Notes: generated by a model not told the origin, from the letters alone. A stretch of 64,000 nucleotides of DNA from Pseudomonadota bacterium (GCA_034439715.1 JAWXAY010000080.1:39862-103861); one strand, 5' to 3'; counted from the first letter of the stretch, positions 48,805 to 59,055 are shown. A program made the numbers and translations.

Positions 48805-50615
48805 GATGATTTCTCCAACTTTAAAAGTGGCTCAGAAATTCGCACAGCATCTAGAGGTAAGCCGTCGTAATTCCGTATTGAAATTAGACGTGTGGCATAT
48901 TGGGGGTATTCCATCAGAATTAATTTTAACATTTGCGAGTCACGGTTTTGTTCGACCACGTAAATGCGTTCATGAGATTTGATAAAGTCATGGACTTCAG
49001 GACTAAAAGGCATGGCCCTAAGGCGTAAATAATCTGTCGCCAATCCTTGGGTTTTCAGTATGTCCCGGGCCTCAAGCATTGGCCAGTGAGTAGATCCAAA
49101 CGCTATTATACCCACCTTGGCTCCCACCTGAGTTTCAATAATTGGTTTGGGCACATGCTTTTTAGCGGTTTCAAATTTTTTCACAATGCGATCGAGTACA
49201 GTTTGGTATTGTACGTTATTTTCGGTGTACTGGGCTTTTTCGTTGTGGCCAGAGCCTCGAGTTAAAAATCCCGCGGCCGGATGATGTGTGCCGGGCAGCG
49301 TTCGGTAAGGGATGCCATCGCCATCTTTGTCTTGATATCTTAAAAACTGCGGCATCTGTTTTAGTTCTTCCTCACGCAACACTTTACCGCGTTCAAAAGG
49401 TTTGGTGGGATATTTAATTTCATCGGTAATCCAAAGGTTCATTCCGAGATCAATATCGCTCATGACGATAACCAAAGTTTGAAATTTTTCTGCCAAATCA
49501 AAACATGTCTGACCAAACTCAAAACATTCTTCAGGAGTGGCCGGAAATAATAAAATATGTTCGGTGTCGCCATGAGACAGGTGAGCCGCAAAGCCAACGT
49601 CCGCCTGCTGAGTGCGCGTCGGCAAACCTGTAGAGGGACCCGTGCGTTGTACGTCCCAAATAACAGTTGGAATTTCGGCATAATAAGAAAGTCCTGAGGC
49701 TTCGGCCATAAGACTAAGTCCTGGGCCCGAGGTAGCCGTCATGGCCCTTGCGCCGGACCAGCCAGCGCCGAGCACCATACAAATGGCGGCAAGCTCGTCT
49801 TCAGCTTGAATAATCGCAAAGGTATTCTTACCATCCTTATCTTTTCGATAGCGATTGGCATAGCGAGCAAAGGATTCGACAAGCGAAGTTGAAGGTGTGA
49901 TGGGATACCAAGAGGCAAAGGTGCAGCCGCCATAAACGAGACCCAGCCCCGCAGCGGTGTTGCCGTCGATCAATATTTTGCCTTGGGTTTTATTCATTTT
50001 TTCTAATTTTAACGGAAAATCCCCAATTAAAGTATCGGTTAGATTTTCGGCAGCATAGGCTCTTCCCACATCAATCGCCTTTAGGTTTGAAGCCACAACA
50101 GCCGCTTTATCGGCAAACTGATCTTTAATGACAGAAATCAAAACCTCATAGTCAATATCCAAAAGGTGACTTAAAATTCCCACGTAAATAGTATTAGCCA
50201 ATAATTTTTTTAATTTTAGTTGGTCAGTCGCTTGATCGACGAGTTTTCTAAAAGGAACAGAAATATTTAGCGTATCTTTGCGGAGCAGGGAGGCCTCAAC
50301 TTTGAGATCTTCGTTATACAAAAAAACTCCGCCTGGGTTTACTGATTTTAAATCATCCAGTACGGTCGCAACATTCATGGCCACCACCATGTCATATTCA
50401 CGCTTCATGCAGGTGTAGCCATTTTTATTGGCGCGAATTACAAACCAGGTGGGTAGTCCCATAATATTTGACGGAAAAATATTTTTACCGCCGACGGGGA
50501 TACCCATGCGAAACAGAGATTTAATTAAAATTGTATTTGCCGATTGACTGCCACTGCCGTTAACTGTCGCGACATTTATCACGAAATCATTGATTTTCTT
50601 TTGCATAGTCAACAC
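48801..50615 (-). CDS. korA: 2-oxoacid:ferredoxin oxidoreductase alpha subunit
   Basis: NGSGSQSAN, WYPITPSTS, QAEDELAA, TATSGPG.SLM, QRTGPSTGLPT, VVEQNRD.Q. Confidence 0.93.
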   Translation of the reverse strand: MLTMQKKINDFVINVATVNGSGSQSANTILIKSLFRMGIPVGGKNIFPSNIMGLPTWFVIRANKNGYTCMKREYDMVVAMNVATVLDDLKSVNPGGVFLYNEDLKVEASLLRKDTLNISVPFRKLVDQATDQLKLKKLLANTIYVGILSHLLDIDYEVLISVIKDQFADKAAVVASNLKAIDVGRAYAAENLTDTLIGDFPLKLEKMNKTQGKILIDGNTAAGLGLVYGGCTFASWYPITPSTSLVESFARYANRYRKDKDGKNTFAIIQAEDELAAICMVLGAGWSGARAMTATSGPGLSLMAEASGLSYYAEIPTVIWDVQRTGPSTGLPTRTQQADVGFAAHLSHGDTEHILLFPATPEECFEFGQTCFDLAEKFQTLVIVMSDIDLGMNLWITDEIKYPTKPFERGKVLREEELKQMPQFLRYQDKDGDGIPYRTLPGTHHPAAGFLTRGSGHNEKAQYTENNVQYQTVLDRIVKKFETAKKHVPKPIIETQVGAKVGIIAFGSTHWPMLEARDILKTQGLATDYLRLRAMPFSPEVHDFIKSHERIYVVEQNRDSQMLKLILMEYPQYATRLISIRNYDGLPLDAVRISEPLLKLEKSS

Positions 50616-50650
50616 AGGATAGTAGAAGAAAACCTACAGTGCAACTGGAT

Positions 50651-51424
50651 CTATTCATCCAATAGAAGATCTTGGCTCTCTTGACCTTCATATTTCATAA
50701 GTTCTTCGGGGCGAAAAGGCTTTTTGGTAATTGTCATTACCCAGTCACGGTAGTTTTTGCTAATTTCTTCGATAGGTGCTGGTTGTTGAACGGGTCCCAC
50801 ATAGATTGTGAGCTTGCCCATTTTAGCGAAAATTCGACTTTTTGGCCATAGCTCAGCATTGCCATCAATGTACAAAAACAAAATGGGCGTGTTGGTGCGT
50901 TGAGAAAATACGCTAATGCCTCTTTTAAATTCACTAAGGTAACCGTCTCGGGAGCGAGTACCTTCTGGAAAAATAATCAGCCAAATATTTTTGAGGTTTG
51001 TTAAGAGAGAGCTGCAGAGTTTTATGGCCTCGCCTTTTTTATCCTGTCGATCAATAGGAATCGCTCCTAAGCAGTGTTGCGAAAAAAAAGTGAATAGGGG
51101 ATTGGTAAAAAAATAGTCTTTAGCCGCAGCAATATACAAGCTGAGCCAGTAACGCACGGGGATCGCCGCCGCGATTGAAATAGCATCTAGATGAGAGGCG
51201 TGATTTGAAATGACGATGAGTCGGGGGTTATCCTTGTAAACCTTGTGAAAATCGCCCACAACTTTGAGCCGAATATATGTGTGAAAGAAGAGATTGAGAA
51301 ACCCCGCCCAAAATAAGCGAATAAATAAACTCATAAGGTCAAAATCGCGCGTAAAAAGTGGGAGGTGTTTTAAATGCGACGGCAGCTGGGTCCACTGCTC
51401 GTTTTCGTAATCCCACTCCTTCAT
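50651..51424 (-). CDS. Lysophospholipid acyltransferase (PlsC-like)
   Basis: SNHASHLD, AAKDYFF, IFPEGTRSRDG. Confidence 0.9.
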   Translation of the reverse strand: MKEWDYENEQWTQLPSHLKHLPLFTRDFDLMSLFIRLFWAGFLNLFFHTYIRLKVVGDFHKVYKDNPRLIVISNHASHLDAISIAAAIPVRYWLSLYIAAAKDYFFTNPLFTFFSQHCLGAIPIDRQDKKGEAIKLCSSLLTNLKNIWLIIFPEGTRSRDGYLSEFKRGISVFSQRTNTPILFLYIDGNAELWPKSRIFAKMGKLTIYVGPVQQPAPIEEISKNYRDWVMTITKKPFRPEELMKYEGQESQDLLLDE

Positions 51425-52341
51425 ATCACATGACCTGTCATCAAATACTTGAGGGCATAATAATATAGCGGAGCCACAAAAATCAGACGATCCATTCGGC
51501 GCAAAAAATCACCTCGCCCAATAATAAACGCACCCACTTGTTTAATTCCCAGATCACGTCGTATTACCGTCATAACTAGATCACCTAAGACCCCACCAAA
51601 ACAGGCGACAGTGCCCGCGGCCAACCAAAACCGTGGGCTCCGAATGGGCAAAAGATGTCTCATTCCCCAGGCTAATATCAAAGTCAGAATAAACGAAAGT
51701 ACAAATGCCTCAAAGGTGCGTTTGGTCGTGATTCGCGAGAATGGTTTAAATTTTCCGATAACCTTTGAAGCTATGAGTAAAACATTTTCAGAAAACTCAG
51801 TAAGGATGACAATGTAAATTAAGAGAAAGGCACCACTATCCATTAAGGCGATCCTACCTAAGTGCAGAAAAGCCCAACCTAAAAAACAAAAAGATATGAG
51901 CGAGAGGCCAATGTACTGAATCATGTGGATGTAATTATTTCGAAGAAGCGGAATAAAACAGATTCCGCCTAAAAATATCATAGGCATCAAATCATAAACT
52001 CGGGGGAGGTCCCAATAGATAAGATACGCTAGGCCAATAATCCCAACGTAACTTAACCAAACAAAATAACTGCGATGGTACATGCCGGTCAGCTGAAAAA
52101 AAGTTTTCGAGCCAAGTACGGACAGCACAGTGAGACTGACAAGCGTCCAGCCCGGTGGCAGGCCTAAAATAAATAAGATCATGGGCGCAGCGAACAACCA
52201 ACTTTTAATGCTGGCCCAAGCGGCTAACCACTGGGCATTTTTTTTTCGCAATAAAAAAACAATCGTGCCCATAGCGAATATAAAAAGCAGCACAACAAAA
52301 ACAGTTTCGCGATAAACTGGGTTATACCAGAGAGCTTCCAT
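51421..52341 (-). CDS. Phosphatidate cytidylyltransferase family (CdsA/YnbB-like), divergent
   Basis: Multi-TM; ITTKRTFEAF, GDLVMT.IRRDLGIK, GRGDFLRRMDRLIF.AP resemble the CdsA signature. Confidence 0.78.
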   Translation of the reverse strand: MEALWYNPVYRETVFVVLLFIFAMGTIVFLLRKKNAQWLAAWASIKSWLFAAPMILFILGLPPGWTLVSLTVLSVLGSKTFFQLTGMYHRSYFVWLSYVGIIGLAYLIYWDLPRVYDLMPMIFLGGICFIPLLRNNYIHMIQYIGLSLISFCFLGWAFLHLGRIALMDSGAFLLIYIVILTEFSENVLLIASKVIGKFKPFSRITTKRTFEAFVLSFILTLILAWGMRHLLPIRSPRFWLAAGTVACFGGVLGDLVMTVIRRDLGIKQVGAFIIGRGDFLRRMDRLIFVAPLYYYALKYLMTGHVI

Positions 52342-52344
52342 AAT

Positions 52345-53718
52345 TTAATTCAATTCTTTTAGTTGATAGTCCCTTATCTTTTTATACAAGCTTGAGCGCG
52401 AAACTTTAAGTAGTTTTGCGAGAATATCGATGTCTTTTTCGTTTGTTAGCGCATTTTTGATTATTAGCGCCTCATAACATTGCAGCAACTGGCTAAGACC
52501 TAGAGAAAGGTCCAGATTATTAAATAATTTGTCGACTGACTTATCGATTGGAGCAGGTGTGATTACCTGTTTAACATCAACGGGCCTTATGATGGGCAGC
52601 GGTGAAGTTAGGCAGAGCTGTTCGCAGACTCTCTTAAGCTCTCGTATATTCCCAGGCCAAGAGTAATTTATGAGCTCCAGCTTCGCCTCTGGGGATAGCA
52701 TTTTGTTATGTTTGGGTTTTTGCAAATCTAAAAAAAATGTCGCCAACTGCGCGATGTCTTCGGGATGCTCAGAGAGTTTTGGTAGATTTATTTTTTTACT
52801 ACAAATTCTCCACAGTAAATCTTCACGAAACTCGTTCGACTTTACCATTTTCTGCAGGTTTCTATTGGTGGCGGCGATGACTCTCACTTTTACGCGAATG
52901 GAGTTTTGTGCACCAATTCGCCTGACCTCTCCGCTTTCTATAAATCGCAAGAGTTTGGCTTGCTGGTCAATAGGTAGTGCCTCAATTTCATCGATAAAAA
53001 GATCGCCGCCGTGAGCAGCTTCGGCGAGGCCCATTTTATTTTGATTGGCTCCGGTAAAGGCACCGCGAGTGTGGCCAAAAAACTCGGACTCAAAAAGATG
53101 GGTAGGAATGGCAGCCGCATTTATCTGAATCCAAGGCCGGGTCGGTTCTTGATCGTGTAAAAGTTGAGCGACGACTTCTTTGCCGGTTCCAGAATCACCT
53201 TCGATAAGAATAGGGCCATCTTCGCCCTTTAGTGTTGCTATATGGCGCCTAATATCTTGTGATTTTTTGCTATCACCCACCCAGCCAATTTTTCGGGAGT
53301 GAGGTCGGCTAAAGGCGGCTTCTTTTAAAAGCCAAAGCGCCTCAATTTTATCAAGAGTCAGACTTAATTCCTCGGGGCTCAAAGGTTTAGGGAGGAAGCG
53401 AAAAGCGCCAGCTAACAAACAGTTTTCAAGAAGTTCTTGGTTGAGGTTTCCGGATATCGCCACGATTTCGATATAAGGATTTTTTTGATGCAATGTTTCG
53501 ATGACTTTTAACCCTTGAGCTTCGGATTGGTTGCCCTCTAAATGCATATCCACGAGGGCGGCATGAAAATCAGAACCACCAACGTCGCCCGGGGCATAGG
53601 CATGAGTTACCTCCCAGGATTTAGGTAGGACAATGTCCACCGCCTGGTGAATCAACGGATCATCATCGACTAACAGAACTTTAAACGGGGCAGGCAATAG
53701 ATCCTCCGCATTAAACAT
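52345..53718 (-). CDS. Sigma54-dependent response regulator (NtrC family)
   Basis: Receiver LLVDDD..LVDMHL; GDSGTGKE, ESEFFGH.RGAFTGA, FREDL, WPGNIREL; C-terminal HTH. Confidence 0.93.
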   Translation of the reverse strand: MFNAEDLLPAPFKVLLVDDDPLIHQAVDIVLPKSWEVTHAYAPGDVGGSDFHAALVDMHLEGNQSEAQGLKVIETLHQKNPYIEIVAISGNLNQELLENCLLAGAFRFLPKPLSPEELSLTLDKIEALWLLKEAAFSRPHSRKIGWVGDSKKSQDIRRHIATLKGEDGPILIEGDSGTGKEVVAQLLHDQEPTRPWIQINAAAIPTHLFESEFFGHTRGAFTGANQNKMGLAEAAHGGDLFIDEIEALPIDQQAKLLRFIESGEVRRIGAQNSIRVKVRVIAATNRNLQKMVKSNEFREDLLWRICSKKINLPKLSEHPEDIAQLATFFLDLQKPKHNKMLSPEAKLELINYSWPGNIRELKRVCEQLCLTSPLPIIRPVDVKQVITPAPIDKSVDKLFNNLDLSLGLSQLLQCYEALIIKNALTNEKDIDILAKLLKVSRSSLYKKIRDYQLKELN

Positions 53719-53794
53719 ATAAATATATCATTTTATAGGCAACCAGTCTGCGGTAATGATTTCAAAGGGAGTGACAATTTAGGGACATTCGGGA

Positions 53795-55018
53795 ATGATC
53801 GAGACTGTGAGATCAAAGAAAATTCTTCTGTTAGAGAACATTCATCCTGCGGCGGCAAATCTGTTAAAATCCGGCGGCTTTAATGTCGAAATTCTTAGTA
53901 AAGCGCTCGGTGAAAGTGAAATTATCAAGGCCATGACTTCCGACGACTATATTGCGTTGGGCGTACGTTCAAAAACCTATCTAACTTTAGAGGTTTTAGA
54001 AAAAATAAAAAATGTATCTGTGGTTGGGGCTTTCTGTATTGGGACTAATCAAATAAATCTCAGTCAAGGCAACAAATTAGGAATTCCTGTTTTTAATGCG
54101 CCCTATAGCAGTACTCGCAGTGTGGCTGAACTTGTGATTGGTGAAATCATCGCGCTGGCCCGACGATTATTTGACGTCAGTAAAAAAGCGCATGAGGGAT
54201 TATGGGATAAATCCGCAAAAAATTGCTACACCATTCGCGGAAAAACTTTGGGTATCGTAGGCTACGGCCACATTGGCAGCCAGGTGAGTGTCCTTGCGGA
54301 GTCGATGGGTCTAAATGTTGTTTACTATGACACGATCAAAACACTCCCGCTTGGTAATTCAAGGGCCTTAACGTCACTCGATGAACTTTTAAAAAATTCG
54401 GATTTTGTGACGTTGCATGTGCCTGAAACTGCAAATACCAAAAATATGATTACAAAGAAACAATTGCTCATGATGAAACCCGGTAGTTATTTGATTAATG
54501 CAAGTCGCGGTACGGTTGTGGTGATTGAAGATTTGGTGAGTGTACTAAAATCGAATCATTTACACGGCGCCGCTGTTGATGTTTATCCGCAAGAGCCAGA
54601 GAGTAACGACGAAAAATTTAAGACCGAACTTCAATCTTTACCCAATGTTATTCTCACGCCCCATATTGGTGGGAGCACCGAAGAAGCCCAAGAGGCCATC
54701 GGTCTTGAGGTTGCTGAAAGCATGCTGCGATTTCTCACTTTAGGTTCCACGTATGGTGCAGTTAACTTTCCGAGTATTGATGTACAACCTAAAAAGCCAA
54801 GCTGCCAAAGAATTATTAATGTGCACCAAAATGTTCCCGGAGTATTGGGAGAAATTAATAGTATTGTTTCGAAGGCGGGGGTGAATATTGAGAGTCAACA
54901 ATTGGCAACCGATCCGCAGATTGGTTATTTGGTAATGGATTTCGCTCGTGGGCAGATAGAAACCATGGCAAAAAACATTTCACAATTACCAACGAGTATC
55001 AAAACACACGTCTTATAG
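53795..55018 (+). CDS. serA: D-3-phosphoglycerate dehydrogenase
   Basis: GAFCIGTNQ, FNAPYS.TRSVAE, GIVGYGHIGSQ, INASRG, TPHIGGSTEEAQ, C-terminal ACT domain. Confidence 0.95.
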   Translation: MIETVRSKKILLLENIHPAAANLLKSGGFNVEILSKALGESEIIKAMTSDDYIALGVRSKTYLTLEVLEKIKNVSVVGAFCIGTNQINLSQGNKLGIPVFNAPYSSTRSVAELVIGEIIALARRLFDVSKKAHEGLWDKSAKNCYTIRGKTLGIVGYGHIGSQVSVLAESMGLNVVYYDTIKTLPLGNSRALTSLDELLKNSDFVTLHVPETANTKNMITKKQLLMMKPGSYLINASRGTVVVIEDLVSVLKSNHLHGAAVDVYPQEPESNDEKFKTELQSLPNVILTPHIGGSTEEAQEAIGLEVAESMLRFLTLGSTYGAVNFPSIDVQPKKPSCQRIINVHQNVPGVLGEINSIVSKAGVNIESQQLATDPQIGYLVMDFARGQIETMAKNISQLPTSIKTHVL

Positions 55019-55019
55019 T

Positions 55020-55096
55020 CGGGGCGTAGCGCAGCCTGGTAGCGCGCTTGCTTCGGGAGCAAGAGGTCGCAGGTTCGAATCCTGTCGCCCCGACCA
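55020..55096 (+). tRNA. tRNA-Pro (anticodon CGG)
   Basis: CGGGGCG acceptor stem, TAGCGCAGCCTGGTAGCGC D-arm, CTTGC-TTCGGGA-GCAAG anticodon arm, GGTTCGAATCC T-loop, encoded CCA. Confidence 0.96.
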
Positions 55097-55144
55097 TCCT
55101 CAGCGTGCGGACTTACGAAGCGTCGAATCGCAAACCTTAATACT

Positions 55145-56332
55145 TTAATAAACAGCGAGCGGGTCCACACTTGAAGAATAAACGGTTTGGATGCTCCCAC
55201 CAATCAGACCAAGTATTTGAATCTTCAAATTATTCATATTTATAAAGACTTGTTTTTTCTGCTGGCTAAAACCGCCAGTATAAATTCCGGGGCCCTTTTT
55301 TTCAATAAACATAGGTCCAAACAAATAATTACTGAGCAGAACAACATCGGTAAAAACTTTTTGTTTTTTAGTTAAAAATAGGCTGACTCCCGGAGACGAA
55401 TCGGCTTCGAGTTGAAGATTCGAAAACACACCTACTGCTTTTTTAGGTTGACCATGACCCGTGGACGCATAAAGTTGAATTTGATTCTGGGCGGAATCAA
55501 TTTGAAAGAAAAGGCATTTAGCATCATCCGGAATTTCTAGATAAAGTCTGACTTTTTGATCAAATGTGAACTCTAGACAATCGGCAAATAAGTCTGCAGG
55601 AATAAAGAGAAAAGAAGCCAGCGATCGCTCATTAATTTTAAAGTGTCTTAATTGCTCAGCAGTATCAGCTCCTAAAATATATTCTAAAAACTGAGTGGAC
55701 ATCAGCGTGTAGTTATCGCCTACGTGTGGCAGCCCGAAAACATGACCGAGTTCATGCACGAGAGTTAAATAGGTCAACATTTCGTACTGCCAGGGTTTTT
55801 CGATAATTTCAGATCCCGCTTCATATTTATGCTTTCCCATATCAGAAGCCACATAAATAAATCCCCGCCCCTTAAGGTTGACTTCATCATAATCCGTTCT
55901 TACTGCAACACTTATATGAGTTTTTAATTTTGGAATGAAACCGACTTGTTCTGTTGTCAACGTACCGTACCCAAACTTGAACCTTAAATCTTCTTTTCCG
56001 CTGCAATTGATTTTGGTGAATTTTTGTAATCCGGATCCAATTTGATTTTGCAATTCATTGTAAATTTCCTTGTTAGTAGACATTACCAATTTCCGAGAAT
56101 GTTCTTTATGCCAATAATCTAAAGCCTTACTGATTGTGAATTCTAGAGAGGCGGGATCGCCCGAGAATGATTTTTCTTCAACCTCAATGCAGTAAAACAC
56201 TTCGGTCGTGTTCTTAACCCACCAGGGATTTTGCGCATCTTTGAGCAATTCTCCGCCTGAGGAAACCATGCCCCCGGCAAAAGAGAGCGAATTTAAAAAA
56301 AGTATTTCTAGTATGATAATAAAACGAAGCAT
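55145..56332 (-). CDS. Secreted metzincin-type zinc metalloprotease candidate
   Basis: Signal peptide (SFA/GG); HELGHVFGLPH (HExxHxxGxxH) followed by TLMS (Met-turn). Confidence 0.75.
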   Translation of the reverse strand: MLRFIIILEILFLNSLSFAGGMVSSGGELLKDAQNPWWVKNTTEVFYCIEVEEKSFSGDPASLEFTISKALDYWHKEHSRKLVMSTNKEIYNELQNQIGSGLQKFTKINCSGKEDLRFKFGYGTLTTEQVGFIPKLKTHISVAVRTDYDEVNLKGRGFIYVASDMGKHKYEAGSEIIEKPWQYEMLTYLTLVHELGHVFGLPHVGDNYTLMSTQFLEYILGADTAEQLRHFKINERSLASFLFIPADLFADCLEFTFDQKVRLYLEIPDDAKCLFFQIDSAQNQIQLYASTGHGQPKKAVGVFSNLQLEADSSPGVSLFLTKKQKVFTDVVLLSNYLFGPMFIEKKGPGIYTGGFSQQKKQVFINMNNLKIQILGLIGGSIQTVYSSSVDPLAVY

Positions 56333-56398
56333 TCAACACCTCATCAGTAATATAGTGCGGGAGAGATTAAAAAACCTCTCCCCCCTTGTCCAGCAAAC

Positions 56399-56899
56399 TC
56401 AGTCAATCTTGTCATAAATACAAGAAGTTTCAGAGTCTTTGCTTTTTGCGAAATACACCAATTGTTTATCACTAAACGTCATGGATGCGCCAACCATATC
56501 CTCGTCGAATATTTCACCATCTCGGGAAATAGTTATTGCGACAGCAGCTTGTAGCCCTTGTTGATCGTCTGTCACATCGACTTTAGTTGATACAACTGAC
56601 TCATACTCAGCACCTTCACTGGTGAAAGTGTCAATTACGGTTTGCCGGCCACCGATCACGTAATAGTGGTTCTGAATGCCAATGACAGAGCACTCAGCCT
56701 GATCAATTAGTAGTGACTCTTCACTCACTTCGCCAGCAGTCGTGCATTGGCCTTTCCAATGACCACTGAAATTTGGACACGAAAGGGTTTGCTCGCTGCT
56801 GGACTTACCTAATAGATCCTTAGGGGCTTTATTTGCTCCCGGAAAGCTATGGGCAAGATTTGAAATAAGTAATACACCCGCGATTATAATGGGTTTCAT
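56399..56899 (-). CDS. Secreted hypothetical beta-rich protein
   Basis: GAGGAG RBS, signal peptide, CPNFSGHWKGQC, C-terminal C.Y. Confidence 0.7.
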   Translation of the reverse strand: MKPIIIAGVLLISNLAHSFPGANKAPKDLLGKSSSEQTLSCPNFSGHWKGQCTTAGEVSEESLLIDQAECSVIGIQNHYYVIGGRQTVIDTFTSEGAEYESVVSTKVDVTDDQQGLQAAVAITISRDGEIFDEDMVGASMTFSDKQLVYFAKSKDSETSCIYDKID

Positions 56900-57044
56900 A
56901 ATGTTAACTCCTCAAGAACGCTTGTTTTAGTATTGGGGGAGGTTCTTATAGTCCCTTCCAATGAGGCTAACCTATTGGAAAATTTATTAATTCGCTATAA
57001 ACTAATTGCATAAAAATATAGTTTTGTTTATATCAAATAGATAA

Positions 57045-57869
57045 ATGGATATTTACACTCAAACTAACTACAAAGCAGCTATTAAAACCCGCGTGAAGGA
57101 GCTCGGCGCGAGTAAGAAGAAAATGTCTCTGCAAAAGCTTGCGGCACGCATTCCCATTCAAAATACCTATCTCTCTAAAGCTCTTAATAGTGAAAAGACC
57201 CATCTTAACGAAGACCACCTTTTTAAAGTTTGCCAATTACTAGAGTTTTTTCCGGAAGAAACAGATTTCATTTTTTTGCTGAAAGCTAAGTCTATAGCCA
57301 CTGAACCAAGTCGTCGCAACTATTTGGAATCCAAAATAAGCCGCTATCGGCAAGAGCGCTTAAGAAATGCTACTTTTCAAGAATTTAACACTAGGCAACT
57401 CACCCAAGAAATGAATTACCTTTTTGACCCTCTATGCACATTGGTTCAGGTGGCTTTATTTATTCCTGAATATCAAAGCAACCCCAGAAAACTATGCTCT
57501 GTGCTTGGAGTGTCCTCCGAAAAACTAAAACAGATTCTGAATAAATTGCGAGATTTAGATTATATTAAAATAGATGATAACGGGTTTTCTATTTTAGAAG
57601 TTAAGCAAAATCAAATTCATTACGGCACCGATCATCCTCTTATGCGCACTCACCAAAACTACTTACGTAATAAAAGCACGGTACATTTAAATCAAATTTC
57701 AGAGGAAGAAAAACATTCTTTTATGGGCACATTTTCTGCTGACGACGAGACCTTTCAAAATATAAAATCACGTTTCCGAAATTTTTTAAAAGAGGCCGAG
57801 ACGCTAATTGCAAAAGCCCCTTCAAAAAAAATTTTTCAAATGAATTTTGATTTATTTAACTGGTTTTAG
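57045..57869 (+). CDS. TIGR02147/DUF4423-like HTH protein
   Basis: MDIY..TNYK..IK, HTH SLQKLAARIPIQNTYLSKALN, C-terminal FRNFLKE...FQMNFDLF.W. Confidence 0.75.
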   Translation: MDIYTQTNYKAAIKTRVKELGASKKKMSLQKLAARIPIQNTYLSKALNSEKTHLNEDHLFKVCQLLEFFPEETDFIFLLKAKSIATEPSRRNYLESKISRYRQERLRNATFQEFNTRQLTQEMNYLFDPLCTLVQVALFIPEYQSNPRKLCSVLGVSSEKLKQILNKLRDLDYIKIDDNGFSILEVKQNQIHYGTDHPLMRTHQNYLRNKSTVHLNQISEEEKHSFMGTFSADDETFQNIKSRFRNFLKEAETLIAKAPSKKIFQMNFDLFNWF

Positions 57870-57920
57870 GTAGACAGCGAGGGAAGCAAACTTCACCGAT
57901 GGAGCGCTTACAAAGCCTGT

Positions 57921-58220
57921 TTAGCGAAACTGGATATATTTTGGAGTCGACCATGTGCCTTTGTCGAGATTTAAGACCGTCAAATTAACAGCATTAGAAG
58001 TCAAAAATATTTGGTGCGGTATTTCAAATGAAATCGCAGTCGTTGTACACGTTATTTTATAATCCTGTGCAGTAAGTTTCGCCAATGCCTGGCTTGGTGT
58101 CCAATTGCCTGAATAAATGCTTACGCCACAATTTGACGAAAAATTAGCTCCTTGTATCCAGACACAGTTTCCAGCTTTACAGCCCAAACCTGCTTTGAAA
58201 ATAATTGGCACTTTTAACAA
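57921..58220 (-). pseudogene. Short ORF, possibly a remnant of a larger gene
   Basis: 99-aa protein-like sequence with a TTG start and no RBS; an in-frame TGA lies shortly upstream. Confidence 0.3.
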
Positions 58221-58350
58221 CTTGGTGATTGTATTTCCTGACGGCTTTAGCTTCTCATCACGATTTCTTCATCACTCAGGCGAGCGCGGCCCATTCCAAA
58301 TCCAGGCTCATTACTTTAAAATCGGTTTGTGTGGCATGAAAATTAAATTA

Positions 58351-59055
58351 TTATCTTGTTGCCGAGTTAAATTTCTGTTGGGTAGCTTTTTGTTTGATGA
58401 CGTTTCCATCCTCGTCCAAGCTAACAGTCGGATGAGCACAGATATTGATAATTTGTAACGCAAGATCCGTTGGATTTCTTGCCGCATTGTCCTGATAGGC
58501 CGGCAAGGTAACGTCAACTAATTTACTTATAATTTGAAGTCTTTCTTCGTGCGAACCGCGTGTTACACCCGCGCCGAGACTAAGAAGCGGCCCGTTTTTA
58601 TCGGCATTTTTGTAGTCAGGCTTTGATACCTGAACCGATAACTGATCTCCAAAATTTGAAACTTCAATGGAAAGGATTCCTTCTTTATTATTAGCTGTTA
58701 GATCGGCAGGGATCTTGATTCGGAATTTTTGAACATTTCCTGGTGTAATAAGAGTTCCCAAATCGACGTTGAGAAGCTTATCTTCAGTAGCGATTTGGAC
58801 TATCGTACTATTGTCCTGATTCTTAATAGTTAAAATTGGACTTGCGCCAAAGCTATAAGGGGGCAAATGGGAGTCATAGACATTATTGAAAACGTAAGAA
58901 CCTTTTGGAGTTGAACCATAAGCCATAGTATTCCACGCGCAATAGTAAGGGTCCCACTTGTCCATGACAGTACCGCTTATAAGAGTATCCCCTTGCGCGA
59001 GAGTCATATTGCCTGTCACAGCAAGAGATATTGCCAAAATAAAAATTCTAAGCAT
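58351..59055 (-). CDS. Secreted hypothetical protein
   Basis: GGAGG RBS; signal peptide ending TLA/Q. Confidence 0.65.
   Translation of the reverse strand: MLRIFILAISLAVTGNMTLAQGDTLISGTVMDKWDPYYCAWNTMAYGSTPKGSYVFNNVYDSHLPPYSFGASPILTIKNQDNSTIVQIATEDKLLNVDLGTLITPGNVQKFRIKIPADLTANNKEGILSIEVSNFGDQLSVQVSKPDYKNADKNGPLLSLGAGVTRGSHEERLQIISKLVDVTLPAYQDNAARNPTDLALQIINICAHPTVSLDEDGNVIKQKATQQKFNSATR

Noticed and set aside
54925..55203. 92-aa minus-strand ORF
   Set aside because: It is antisense to tRNA-Pro and the end of serA; GDRIRTCDLL is a typical reverse-tRNA translation artefact.
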